Source: a bacterium
Lineage (GTDB): Bacteria > UBA8248
Direction of reading: 5' to 3'
Assembly (NCBI GenBank): GCA_965213625.1
Contig: CBDBZU010000004.1
Span: 2,848,001-2,912,000, forward strand
DNA: 64,000 nt
This document shows, one piece after another, positions 42,643 through 52,498 of this stretch (position 1 is its first letter; each line of letters starts with the position of its first letter). The notes below the pieces were generated by a model, which was not told the origin of the DNA, ran no database searches, and saw nothing but the letters and a program-made list of their open reading frames with translations. The translations under genes were made by a program, and so were the position numbers.

Positions 42643-43560
42643 TTAGTTCTTCATGTGTTTGTCCAAATAAGCGATGCACTTCGCAATCGCCGCAGCTTGC
42701 GTTTCATCGACGGCGTATTCCCCATCCCCTCCCCGCTCGGGATAGATGTAGCCGTGCATCGGGTGATCGTATGACACCCACTCGACGTCCCTCCCCGCCT
42801 CGACCATCAAATCGTACGTGACGCGGAAGATGCCCTGTAAATGATCCTCATCCCTACCCATGATGAGTATCGGCGTTTTGATACTTTTAATCCTCCTGAG
42901 CGCCAGTTCTTCGTTGATGCGCGCCCTGACTTTTTCGACTTCCTCCATCATCATGCCCTCGATGTTTCTGAGTTGCGTCTCCTCGTTCACGAAGGCAGTA
43001 TCGTCCGGTGCTAAGTCCAGGAATTCATGGGAGGCCGGTTCGCAGGCCACGCAGGCACGCGCGCCACCGTATTCAGATGTGAGCTTGAGGATCATCTCGC
43101 CCGCGTGGCTCACGCCCATCAGGCCGATACGCTCCCCGTCCACCTCGGGCAGCGTCTTCACGTATTCGATGATCGCGATCTCGTCTTCATACTCGAGCGG
43201 GGAGCGATTCAGGAGCTGGCGGCCCTGGCGGATATCCTCGACGAGGGGGCCGCCGTTGTTGTAGCCGAGCTCCACCTCGGCGCGGTATCTCAGCCAGGCG
43301 CAGGAGTAGCCCGCCGCGAGCAGGCGCTCCTGGATGCAGCCCATGTTCCGGGTCGCCTCGCGCACCCAGGCCATGCCGCCACCGCCGTTCCCCCGCCCGA
43401 GCAATATGGTTGGATGCGGTCCAGCGCCAGCGGGCGTCCTCAGCCCTATCGGCGCATACACGCCGTCGAGCAGTTCGACGTACATCAGGTGAACCGGGTA
43501 TTCGGAACCCGGCACGGGCTCGGTGACGACGACGCGCTCGGGGTCGATATCATATTGCAC
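42643..43560 (-). CDS. alpha/beta hydrolase (S9-like)
   Basis: VDGERIGLMGVSHAG nucleophile elbow; candidate catalytic Asp and His (DED, HGY). Confidence 0.75.
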   Translation of the reverse strand: MQYDIDPERVVVTEPVPGSEYPVHLMYVELLDGVYAPIGLRTPAGAGPHPTILLGRGNGGGGMAWVREATRNMGCIQERLLAAGYSCAWLRYRAEVELGYNNGGPLVEDIRQGRQLLNRSPLEYEDEIAIIEYVKTLPEVDGERIGLMGVSHAGEMILKLTSEYGGARACVACEPASHEFLDLAPDDTAFVNEETQLRNIEGMMMEEVEKVRARINEELALRRIKSIKTPILIMGRDEDHLQGIFRVTYDLMVEAGRDVEWVSYDHPMHGYIYPERGGDGEYAVDETQAAAIAKCIAYLDKHMKN

Positions 43561-43760
43561 GACAGTTGCTCCTCATTCGCTTTTTAGTGAGCAGGGTGGA
43601 CCCGTCCATCATCACACACGATACGCGAAGGCGAAAAGCGCAGGCGTATTCTTTACAGGAGAAATTGCAGGCGCGTTTCCCCTATTCCCGCCTTGTGAGA
43701 GAATCCCGCACGCATAACGAATGCCTTTTATCCGCCATCCGTTTCAGGAAGGAAGATGCC

Positions 43761-44054
43761 ATGGCCGAGACGCATTGCCCTGATTGCGGGGCTGAAATAT
43801 CCGGTAGCGATGCCTGCCCCGCATGCGGAGAATCAACCGAAGTGAAACCCGCAGATGACGCCGTCGACGACAGACCCTTGAATGTCATCGACGCCAAACC
43901 GATCGTCGTGAAGGTCATGTGGGGCACGGGCGCATTGATGCTCTGCGGCGGCCTGGGCGCGCTTTCCATCGGCGCCACGAAGCCGGCCGTGGGTTTACTT
44001 GGTCTCGGCGCTCTTATCTTCGCCGGCTCATACGCGGTCGACTGGTGGACTTGA
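43761..44054 (+). CDS. zinc-ribbon membrane protein
   Basis: CPDCG...CPACG followed by two TM helices; AGGAAGGA RBS. Confidence 0.7.
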   Translation: MAETHCPDCGAEISGSDACPACGESTEVKPADDAVDDRPLNVIDAKPIVVKVMWGTGALMLCGGLGALSIGATKPAVGLLGLGALIFAGSYAVDWWT

Positions 44055-44096
44055 GTTATCAAAAGTCTTCTGTAACGAATCGCGGATTTCCGGCTC

Positions 44097-44591
44097 CTAT
44101 TTGGCTGCCTCTGAGGTTTCTTTCTTCTCGGTTTCTTTTTCTTTTTTCATTTTTTCGGCCAGTTCTTTTTTCAACTCCTGATACTTTTTCTTGAGAGCAT
44201 CGGGGGCCGAATCCTCAGGCTCCATCAGGACGCTTACTTTTGTTGGATATTCCTGCGCCGCGCCGCTTGCGGCATCAACCAGAATCCCGATTCCACCGCC
44301 GAGAATAATGTTTCCCAGGGTGGCAGATACTAAAGTTTCATCGAACGAGTGCGTTGTTTTTTTGAAACCTTTTTTCTCGCACGTTAAAACCATCGGCCCA
44401 TCTCCCTTGTGAACTGACGTCGCGCTAGGAGTGTTCACCCAGTTATATCTTCTGCCTCGCTTGTCAATACCTGTGCAGGATGCACCTTTTGCGTTTATGA
44501 CATCGACCAGAATGGATTGGGATGTGCCGGAAACCAAAGTCGCACAGCCGGAAGTGAGTAGTACCAAGAACGCAGTGATCAGAATACGCAT
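44097..44591 (-). CDS. hypothetical lipoprotein
   Basis: Lipobox LTSG-C, CATLVSGTSQSI, GNIILGGGIG...DAASGA glycine-zipper-like segment. Confidence 0.75.
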   Translation of the reverse strand: MRILITAFLVLLTSGCATLVSGTSQSILVDVINAKGASCTGIDKRGRRYNWVNTPSATSVHKGDGPMVLTCEKKGFKKTTHSFDETLVSATLGNIILGGGIGILVDAASGAAQEYPTKVSVLMEPEDSAPDALKKKYQELKKELAEKMKKEKETEKKETSEAAK

Positions 44592-44767
44592 CTAACCTTA
44601 CCTCGTGGATTGGTGTGAAAAATGAAAGGAAATTTATTTCCTGGGTCGGTCGGAGATATAGGAAAGATTACAAATAATGTCAATTACATTAGAAGTAATT
44701 AGAGTGAAATTTAAGATGAGAGGTATTTGTTCCTGGAGAATGGCGGACGGGGACGATTGGCTCAATG

Positions 44768-44844
44768 TGGTACCCCCGGCAGGACTCGAACCTGCGGCCT
44801 ACGGATTAGGAATCCGGCGCTCTATCCTGCTGAGCTACGGGGGC
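44768..44844 (-). tRNA. tRNA-Arg (CCT)
   Basis: GCCCCCGTAGCTCAG...TTCCTAA loop...GTTCGAGTCC...CCA. Confidence 0.93.
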
Positions 44845-44869
44845 ATGGTTGCGCCCGGTGAGGCGCGCG

Positions 44870-45397
44870 TCAGTCGTATCGTATCAAAGAGCGCACGAGG
44901 TGTGGAGCGAGCTTGTCGCGTCCGTTCAGGAACGCCAGTTCGATGAGGAAGGAAAAGCCGTGGATGCTCCCGCCCAGCGAATCGACGAGGGATATGCAGG
45001 CGGAGGCGGTGCCGCCGGTGGCGAGCACGTCGTCTGCGATGAGCACCCTGTCGCCGGGCGCGATGGCGTCTTTGTGAATCTCGAGCGTATCGGTGCCATA
45101 TTCGAGATCATAGGTGGCCTGGGTCTTCTCCCACGGAAGTTTTCCCGCTTTTCTCACCAGCACGAAGCCCGCGCCGAGTTTATAGGCGATGGGCGCTCCG
45201 ATGATGAAGCCGCGAGCCTCGACGCCCAGAACGACGTCGATTCCCTCGCCCATCAGAGGCTCCGCCGCCATGTCCACCGCTTTCTGGAAGGCCCGGGGGT
45301 TCTGGAACATGGGCGTGATGTCCTTGAACAGAATCCCCTCTTTGGGGAAATCGGGCACGTCGCGAATGTGCGCCAGAAGCTGATTGATGTCGGACAT
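44870..45397 (-). CDS. apt: adenine phosphoribosyltransferase
   Basis: PDFPKEGILFKDIT, EARGF, RKAGKLP, LEYG, DDVLATGGT. Confidence 0.97.
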   Translation of the reverse strand: MSDINQLLAHIRDVPDFPKEGILFKDITPMFQNPRAFQKAVDMAAEPLMGEGIDVVLGVEARGFIIGAPIAYKLGAGFVLVRKAGKLPWEKTQATYDLEYGTDTLEIHKDAIAPGDRVLIADDVLATGGTASACISLVDSLGGSIHGFSFLIELAFLNGRDKLAPHLVRSLIRYD

Positions 45398-45552
45398 GGA
45401 ATCTACCCCTCGTGGATGTGTGAGCTCTTGATTCTTCTTGATGTTCCCTGCCGGGTTCGTCACGGCCCATTCGCCGGTTTCTCATCCGGTGGACAAGAGA
45501 ACCCTAGATAGCACTCTCTTCCCGGCATGTCATCACGACGCCCGCCTGAAAT

Positions 45553-46449
45553 TTATGGCAAGTAGGAGAGCGGGTTCCGGGGCCGCGTGCGATGGCGGAT
45601 CTCGAAATGGAGGCGCGCGGTCTTAAAACGCGGCGTGCGGCCCGTAAGTGCGATGGGCGCGCCGCGCGAGACACTCTGCCCCTTGCGCACGAGGTTCCGG
45701 GCGACGTTGGCGTAGATGGAGTGGTACTCGCCCCCGTGGTGGCGCAGGATGATGAGGCGCCCCATGTTACCGGGGCCGAAATCAGAATAGATGACGCGGC
45801 CGGACGCCGCTGCGCGAACCTCGGCGCGCTCGCGTGCGGCGATGATGATGCCGTCCGCTTTGTGGCTGCCACTACCCCTGAAGCGGCGTATCACGCGCCC
45901 GCGCAGTGGCCAGGAGAATTTCGGGCCCTTGCCGCGCGCCCTTCGGTACGCCGTATTCCTATTCTTTGTGCGGCGTGTTCGAACCGTGTTCTTAGGCTTC
46001 CTGGATGGTTTCCGGGTCGGCCTTACGGAAGCCTTCCGGCGCGGTGCCTTTCTGGGCAGTGGCGCCGCCCAGCGCGGGCGGCTTTTGGGCGGCGTGGAGC
46101 TGACGTTCTTCCGGACGAGGCGGGCGGTTCTCGCTCCGGGGATGAAGAGCCGCACGCCTATTTCGATGCGATCCGGGTTGTCGATGCCGTTCAGGACGGC
46201 GATCTGCTCGACCTCCACCCCGTAGGCGCGCCCGATGCGCCAGAGGTTCTCGCCGCGCTTGACGATGTGGTGGACGCCGCCGACGCCTCGGCTGCTCTTC
46301 GTGGGCGGCGGCAGCGGGGGCGCGACGAACGCGCAACCGGTGAGCAAAGCGAGAAACAAGACAAGAGCGTTGCGCCGCTTGGCGCGCCATCTCGAAGAAC
46401 CCGATGCGGGCGAAATATCTGATATGGGCAGATCCATGCCGTCCCTCAT
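45553..46449 (-). CDS. nlpD: LysM + M23-domain lipoprotein (NlpD-like)
   Basis: Lipobox LTG-C, LysM HIVKRGENLWRI, FSWPLRG, LHFEIR. Confidence 0.8.
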   Translation of the reverse strand: MRDGMDLPISDISPASGSSRWRAKRRNALVLFLALLTGCAFVAPPLPPPTKSSRGVGGVHHIVKRGENLWRIGRAYGVEVEQIAVLNGIDNPDRIEIGVRLFIPGARTARLVRKNVSSTPPKSRPRWAAPLPRKAPRRKASVRPTRKPSRKPKNTVRTRRTKNRNTAYRRARGKGPKFSWPLRGRVIRRFRGSGSHKADGIIIAARERAEVRAAASGRVIYSDFGPGNMGRLIILRHHGGEYHSIYANVARNLVRKGQSVSRGAPIALTGRTPRFKTARLHFEIRHRTRPRNPLSYLP

Positions 46450-46895
46450 GAGTAGCCCAGGGCCATCCGCACGGCCTCGCGGGCGTTCGCCGCAGGCACG
46501 ACTCCCGCCGGGCTTTCCTCGCGCCCCAGCGAGACGACCCGCTTGCCGAGCTTGAGGCCGATAGCGATTTCGGAGAGGGTGCCGTGCGCGCCCGACATGG
46601 CGATGAGCGCATGGGCCGTCGCCGCGATGACGACGTTTCTGGCGTGGCCCATTCCGGTGACGACGGGAATGTCGATGAACGGGTTGGCGGACTCAGGCTC
46701 ATACGTGGGCAGGACGCCCACCGTGAGGCCGCCCGCTTCCTTCGCTCCGCGCGCCGCGGTCTCCATGACGCCGCCAAGCCCCCCGCACACCAGCACGGCG
46801 CCCGCGCGCGCAATCTCGGCGCCCGCCTCCTCGGCCAGGGCGGCCGTTTCAGGAGCCGGATCGGAATCGCCGATGACGCCGATGATGGTTCGCAT
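46446..46895 (-). CDS. TIGR00725-family (LOG-like) protein
   Basis: CGGLGGVME, ANPFIDIPVVTGMGHARN, GTLSEI. Confidence 0.88.
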   Translation of the reverse strand: MRTIIGVIGDSDPAPETAALAEEAGAEIARAGAVLVCGGLGGVMETAARGAKEAGGLTVGVLPTYEPESANPFIDIPVVTGMGHARNVVIAATAHALIAMSGAHGTLSEIAIGLKLGKRVVSLGREESPAGVVPAANAREAVRMALGYS

Positions 46896-46971
46896 CAGAT
46901 AATCCCGGGGCGGATTTCAGACTTCCTGATTCTATCGGGCGTGCGGCTCGCGTCAAGTAGCGGTGCGCGAA

Positions 46972-47209
46972 GGGGTCAGTGAAATACTTTCATCAGGCCT
47001 TATGTCCCGCAGCCCGAGCAAGCGCCCTGAACCCCTCATCCTGAGTAGGCGCGTAAGCGCCGTATCGAAGGACCGGGGAGCGCATCTCTTCGGCGGGCGC
47101 AAAATTTCGCCCTTCGATACGCGGCTCCGCCGCTACTCAGGGTGAGGCGGGGTTGCGGGCTGCGCAGGACCAGGAGGGGGACTGCGCCGTATCGGCTTTT
47201 CAACAACCC
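46972..47209. repeat. IS1182-end-bracketed cassette with type-B REP pair (47034-47147)
   Basis: GGGGTCAGTGAAA (degenerate) ... TTTTCAACAACCC. Confidence 0.55.
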
Positions 47210-47227
47210 TTCTCCGGGGTCTGCGCC

Positions 47228-48415
47228 CTATCCACCCTCGGGAACGACTACCTGTTTATTGTGGTCCGCGGGCAGACGGTTATTCAGCGAGTGCAGCATC
47301 CAGTCCGCGATGGCGGGGTACATGTCCGCCGCGACCTCGCCCATGGGATGGAAGACGCCCTCATAGAGCCAGAGCTCGCGCGGGCACGTGAGGTGCGAGA
47401 AGAACACGTCGATATCGTCCGGCGTGCAAAGCTCGTCCATGTCGCCCGCCACGAGGAGGTAGTTCGACTTCATCTTGCCCACCAGGGGCAGCCAGATGCT
47501 GTCGCGCTCCTCCACGAACTCGTCGAACGCATCCTCATCCAGGATGTTCGTCATGTACATGTAGATGCGTTTGAAGTTGGGCTGGGCCTGGTCGAAGATG
47601 ATGTCCGAGGGCCCCACGTTCGCCATCTGGCCGACGACAGTGTTGACGCGCTCGTCCTGGGCAGCGATTTCCACCGTCCAGCGGCTGCCCATGCTCATGC
47701 CCATGATGCCGATTTTTGAGGAATCCACCTCGTCGCGCCCGGTGAGCCAGTCGATGACCTTGCTGCCCGCGCGCGCGTAGTTGTGGTGGTCCACCCACAC
47801 CTGGTTGATGTTGCACTCGCCCTGCCCTGGGCCGTCCATGATGGCGAAGTTCATGCCGCGCGCATGGAACCAGTTGTTGTAGGGCAGAAGCCCGTCTTCC
47901 TTGATCATGTCCATGCCGGGGATGAGGAGCACGGTGGGTTTCGGCCCCTCCCCTTCCGCAGGCCAGAAATAGAAATAGGCGTTCTTGCCAGGGTCGAATT
48001 CCACCTGGTGTTTCTGGATGTCGCCGCCCCTGACTTCGCGCATCTTGTCGAAACAGCGCGCGACGCCCGCGTAGTATTCCTTCTTGCGCGGGTGTCCATC
48101 GACGGGGATGAGGTGCTGGCCGCGCCCGTAGCAAAGGCCCGCGCGGTTGTAGTGCATGGCGGCGGTCACGAGGTTTCCCGCCTCTTCCGCGGCTGTCGCC
48201 TTCTGCTCCTGAAGTGCGGCCTGCTTGCCCCACAGGAGGGGAATGGAGCGCCTGCCCGAGACCTTCGAGTAGACGGCTTCCAGGTCCTGGTGGCGGAAAC
48301 CCCGCTCATAGCGCGTGCCCATGATGCCGGGGTGGAGAACGTCTTCGTTGTCTGAGAGTTTAAGGAAATTGTCGAAAATCCAGTTCTGATTCGCGCGTGA
48401 CGCCTGTCTTCTCAT
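47228..48415 (-). CDS. alpha/beta hydrolase (FrsA / 2,6-dihydroxy-pseudo-oxynicotine hydrolase-like)
   Basis: PGMDMIKE, DGPGQGE, GMSMG nucleophile elbow, GDMDE, FHP. Confidence 0.8.
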   Translation of the reverse strand: MRRQASRANQNWIFDNFLKLSDNEDVLHPGIMGTRYERGFRHQDLEAVYSKVSGRRSIPLLWGKQAALQEQKATAAEEAGNLVTAAMHYNRAGLCYGRGQHLIPVDGHPRKKEYYAGVARCFDKMREVRGGDIQKHQVEFDPGKNAYFYFWPAEGEGPKPTVLLIPGMDMIKEDGLLPYNNWFHARGMNFAIMDGPGQGECNINQVWVDHHNYARAGSKVIDWLTGRDEVDSSKIGIMGMSMGSRWTVEIAAQDERVNTVVGQMANVGPSDIIFDQAQPNFKRIYMYMTNILDEDAFDEFVEERDSIWLPLVGKMKSNYLLVAGDMDELCTPDDIDVFFSHLTCPRELWLYEGVFHPMGEVAADMYPAIADWMLHSLNNRLPADHNKQVVVPEGG

Positions 48416-48709
48416 GCCGCTACCTTCTCCTTTCGTATGGGTGATGAGGCGAGATTTTTCTCTCGCCGCTTTCAAGTCGATATAACGCCGGATTTGGCTC
48501 GCTATCTTCGGGCCAGCAGCCATTCCGGGTCAACCGCCTCAGGCGATCTCCGATAAAATGATTTTTTCCCGATTGTATTTGCCGAATCCATTGATTTTGT
48601 GTAGATTTTCGTTTTTGTTTTTTCCAGAACAGCAGGGCTTGAAGTATTCATGCGAGTCCTCTCGCGCCCCTGCCGAAATCTTTTCTTTTTGAAAAAGAGG
48701 GTTATTGGA

Positions 48710-50014
48710 ATGACAGTGGAAACAGAGTTGGAATTGAACAACAACGAAACCATCGTTCTTCACGCCGGATACCGCAAGGACCCAACCACGAACGCCGTGG
48801 CCGTGCCGATCTACCAGACGTCCTCCTACCAGTTCGACAGCACGGACCATGCGGCCGATCTTTTCGCGTTGAAGGAACTGGGCAACATCTACACGCGAAT
48901 CATGAACCCGACGAACGACGTGCTGGAAAAACGCCTGGCGGCGCTCGAGGGCGGCGTCGGTGGCCTCGCGGTCTCCTCGGGCCAGTCGGCCTCGATGATG
49001 GCCGTGATGAACGTGGCCCGCGCCGGGGACAACATCGTGAGTTCGACGGACCTCTACGGCGGCACGTGGAACCTCTTCGCCAACCAGCTGGATGACATCG
49101 GCATCGAGTGCCGCTTCGTGGACCCGACAGACCCGGAGAATTTCGTAAAAGCGACGGACGATAAGACGCGCGCCTACTACGCCGAGACGCTGCCGAACCC
49201 GAAGCTGCACGTCTTCCCGATACAGGAAGTCTCAGACCTCGGGCGTGAGCTGGGGATTCCCCTCATCATGGACAACACGGCGGCCCATGGCCTCTGCAAA
49301 CCCTTCGAGCACGGCGCGGCCGTCATCGCTTCCTCCTGCACGAAATACATCGGCGGGCACGGCAACTCCATCGGCGGCATCATCATCGACGCCGGAAACT
49401 TCGACTGGGAGGCGCACCCCGAGAGACAGCCCTACCTCAACCAGCCGGACCCGAGCTACCACGGCGCCGTGTGGTCCCAAGCCGTCAAACCGCTCGGCCC
49501 CATCGCCTACATCATCAAGGCGCGCGTCACGCTCCTGCGCGACTCCGGCCAGGCGATGAGCCCCTTCAACACCTTCCTGTTCTTACAAGGCCTGGAAACC
49601 CTGCCCCTGCGGATGGAGCGCCACTGCGAAAACGCCGCCGCCGCGGCGGAATACCTGAACGGCCACCCCAAGGTGAACACCACGATTTTCCCGGGTCTCA
49701 TGAACGGGGAGTTCCGCAACCGCGCCGACACGTATCTCAAGGGCGGCTACGGCGGGCTGGTTGGAATCGACCTCGCAGGCGGCTTTGAGGCGGGCCAGAA
49801 CTTCATCAACGCGCTCAAGATGTTCTACCACGTGGCGAACATCGGCGACTCGAGGAGCCTCGCCATCCACCCGGCGAGCACCACGCACTCCCAGCTCAGC
49901 TCCGAGGAGCAGGAGCAGACGGGCGTGACGCCTGGCTACGTGCGGCTCTCCATCGGCATCGAGCACATCGACGACATCATCGCCGACCTCGAACAGGCCC
50001 TGGACGCCGCATAG
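48710..50014 (+). CDS. metY: O-acetylhomoserine aminocarboxypropyltransferase / sulfhydrylase (copy 1)
   Basis: PIYQTSSY, YTRIMNPT, DNT, TKYIGGHG PLP lysine, ANIGD, HPASTTH. Confidence 0.93.
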   Translation: MTVETELELNNNETIVLHAGYRKDPTTNAVAVPIYQTSSYQFDSTDHAADLFALKELGNIYTRIMNPTNDVLEKRLAALEGGVGGLAVSSGQSASMMAVMNVARAGDNIVSSTDLYGGTWNLFANQLDDIGIECRFVDPTDPENFVKATDDKTRAYYAETLPNPKLHVFPIQEVSDLGRELGIPLIMDNTAAHGLCKPFEHGAAVIASSCTKYIGGHGNSIGGIIIDAGNFDWEAHPERQPYLNQPDPSYHGAVWSQAVKPLGPIAYIIKARVTLLRDSGQAMSPFNTFLFLQGLETLPLRMERHCENAAAAAEYLNGHPKVNTTIFPGLMNGEFRNRADTYLKGGYGGLVGIDLAGGFEAGQNFINALKMFYHVANIGDSRSLAIHPASTTHSQLSSEEQEQTGVTPGYVRLSIGIEHIDDIIADLEQALDAA

Positions 50015-50036
50015 CGCAGAGCACGAGAGAAACGAG

Positions 50037-50070
50037 AAAGAGGCGTCCCTCACCGGGCGCCTCTTTTTTT
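50037..50070 (+). terminator. intrinsic terminator after metY copy 1
   Basis: AAAGAGGCGTCC-loop-GGGCGCCTCTTT followed by a T-run. Confidence 0.85.
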
Positions 50071-50097
50071 GGGGTGAGCGGGAAAGCGTGGACGCGT

Positions 50098-50362
50098 GAG
50101 GGTGTTGAAAACCTCCTCCTCACTCGGAATTGACCACCACCGTCATTCCGGCGCACGCCGGAATCCATGGACTTTGCATTTTCTGTTTGTCTTATCGCTT
50201 TATCGTTTTTCATAGTCATCCTGCGATTCGAGAATCCAGTCTGTTCTGGATTCCGGCATACGCCGGAACGACGATCAAAAGCGAAGAGCAAAACCACCCT
50301 CCCGCATTGGGTAGCGCTCATTGGGGCATCACTCCCCCCTGGAGGACATTTTCAACAACCCC
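50098..50362. repeat. IS1182-end-bracketed cassette with type-C pair (50141-50167, 50247-50273) and a type-A fragment
   Basis: GAGGGTGTTGAAAACCTCC ... GGAGGACATTTTCAACAACCCC. Confidence 0.7.
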
Positions 50363-50374
50363 GTAACGCCTCCT

Positions 50375-50650
50375 GTAGGGACAGGCCCATGCGCCTGTCC
50401 TAGGTCGCGACCTGTCCCCCTACTGACTCCTTGGTTAGCTAGTCGGGCGACCACAGGGGGTCGCCCCTACGCATCTCCCGCGAATGGCGACCGTAGGGCA
50501 GGCTTCCATGCCTGTCCTGGCGAAGGACAACCACGGAGGGCCGGACAACACTGAGCAGGGGTGGTCCGGCTACAAAACCAAACCATAGCGCCCGTCCAAG
50601 CCGCGTGAACCTCCATGCCGACTGCTTCCAAGACGGGCTTTTCAACATCC
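50375..50650. repeat. cluster of GTAG-type (type-D) REP units ending in another IS-like end
   Basis: GTAGGGACAGGC..., ...GTCGCCCCTAC, GTAGGGCAGGC...; GGGCTTTTCAACATCC at 50635-50650. Confidence 0.7.
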
Positions 50651-50865
50651 GGAAAGGACCGGATTATATATAAAGTATCTATTAATATTATCTTTGTAAT
50701 TAGCAGATTTATTTACAGATATCGAATTTAATTATTCATGGATTCGGCAAATTTTAAAGTGTTTCATGAGATATTATTGCGGATCGATCATTCCTGAGGC
50801 AGGTTCGCTGAAGGGCAAAAAGCGCATCACAGCCCGGGAAGCTGTTTATGTCGCGAAGTATGAAA

Positions 50866-50942
<77 letters not shown>

Positions 50943-50976
50943 ACACAAGCCGTGAGACGGCGGACTCGACACCCGC

Positions 50977-51657
50977 CTATGGTTTCTCCCAGCCGTATTT
51001 TCCCACCAGTTTCACAAAAACGCAGTTCACCAATTCCTCGGGCGCGCGCAACTCGCCCGTTCCGGAAACCCGCCATCGCACGAGGGTCTGCTTATCACCC
51101 TCCCCCAGCGGCATGACGATGCGCCCGCCGGGGGCTACCTGCTGGACCCAGGGCTTCGGCACTTGCGGCGCGGACGCCGCGCTCACGATGACGTTGAAGG
51201 GCGCCTCTTCCGGCCAGCCGTAGGTGCCGTCCGCCGTCCAGAGCATATAATTCGTCAGGCTGAAAGAATCAAGCCGCTCCCGGGCTCTTGTCGCCAATTC
51301 GGGCACCCGCTCTATGGCGCGGACGGAGCCCGCGAGCTTCCCCAAAAGCGCGGTAAGGTACCCCGAACCGGCTCCTATCTCAAGCACTTTTTCCTCGCCC
51401 CGGAGTTCCAGCGCCTCGAGCGTGGCCGCCACCATATAGGGTTGTGAGATAGTTTGCCCGTGTCCGATGGGCAGCGCCTTGTCGGCATAGGCGGTATCGC
51501 GAAAAATCTCGGGCGCGAAATGATGTCTCGGCACCTCGCGTAAGGCATCGAGCACGCGTTCGTCTGCGATTCCGCGGGAGATGATTTGTCCCTCCACCAT
51601 CTGCTCGCGCGCGCGCCGCCAGCGGTCCTCTCTTCTTCCCTTTAATGAAAACGCCAA
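50977..51657 (-). CDS. pcm: protein-L-isoaspartate O-methyltransferase
   Basis: VPRH, GQTISQPY, VLEIGAGSGY, DGTYGWPEEAPF. Confidence 0.95.
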   Translation of the reverse strand: MAFSLKGRREDRWRRAREQMVEGQIISRGIADERVLDALREVPRHHFAPEIFRDTAYADKALPIGHGQTISQPYMVAATLEALELRGEEKVLEIGAGSGYLTALLGKLAGSVRAIERVPELATRARERLDSFSLTNYMLWTADGTYGWPEEAPFNVIVSAASAPQVPKPWVQQVAPGGRIVMPLGEGDKQTLVRWRVSGTGELRAPEELVNCVFVKLVGKYGWEKP

Positions 51658-52397
51658 GATTCCAGCCCTTTCATCGCGTCGTAGTCCGTGAGGTCCAGCC
51701 TCAGTGGGGTGATGGAAACCTGGTGATTCGAAATCGCCTCGAAGTCCGTGTCGGGCTCATCCTTCCACCGGAGGCTGCCTCCTCCTATCCAGTAATACTC
51801 ACGGCCGCGCGGGTCTAATTTTTCTACGATGGCTTCCTCATAGACGCGCTTGCCCTGACGGGTAATCTTCTCCCCCCGGCATTTTTCAGGAGAAATGTTC
51901 GGGACGTTGATGTTCAGCAAAACGCCCGGATCCAGACCACGGGATAATACTTCCCTCGCGCCGGCGCGCGCAACTTTTTTCGCCAAATCGAAGCGGAGCG
52001 TCTCCCCGTCCTCATGGGCCAAGGAGACCGCCACCGCCGGAAGCCCCAGGAGGGTGGCCTCTATCGCGGCGGCCACGGTTCCCGAATAGGTGATGTCGTC
52101 GCCCAGGTTTCCGCCCCGGTTGATGCCGGAGACGAGCATGTCGGGGTGCTCGTTCTTAAGCAGGCCGTTTAAGGCGAGGTTGACGCAGTCCGTGGGCGTG
52201 CCGTCCACGGCGAACCAGTTGCGCTCCAGTTCGTTGATGCGCAGGGGGCGGTGCAAGCTCAGGGAGTGTCCCGCCGCACTCTGCTCCCTGTCCGGCGCCA
52301 CGACGATCAAGTCTCCCAGCGGAGCGAGGGCTGCGTAGAGGGCCTTTATCCCATCCGAATCGATACCGTCGTCATTGCAAAGAAGTATTCGAGCCAT
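51642..52397 (-). CDS. surE: 5'/3'-nucleotidase SurE
   Basis: NDDG, GTPTDCV, SGINRGGN, YSGTVAAA, SITPL. Confidence 0.97.
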   Translation of the reverse strand: MARILLCNDDGIDSDGIKALYAALAPLGDLIVVAPDREQSAAGHSLSLHRPLRINELERNWFAVDGTPTDCVNLALNGLLKNEHPDMLVSGINRGGNLGDDITYSGTVAAAIEATLLGLPAVAVSLAHEDGETLRFDLAKKVARAGAREVLSRGLDPGVLLNINVPNISPEKCRGEKITRQGKRVYEEAIVEKLDPRGREYYWIGGGSLRWKDEPDTDFEAISNHQVSITPLRLDLTDYDAMKGLESWRFH

Positions 52398-52498
52398 GGT
52401 CTTTCATGTGGCGTACGGGACGGGCGCGTCATTACGGTAATGGATTATCGTTCAGCCGGGGGCATGAGATCAACGCCGCCGGGGGTTTCGCATTAGGT

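Noticed and set aside
44741-44758. TGGCGGACGGGGACG as a tRNA 3'-end/att remnant
   Set aside because: Too short, no T-loop, and no match to the adjacent tRNA
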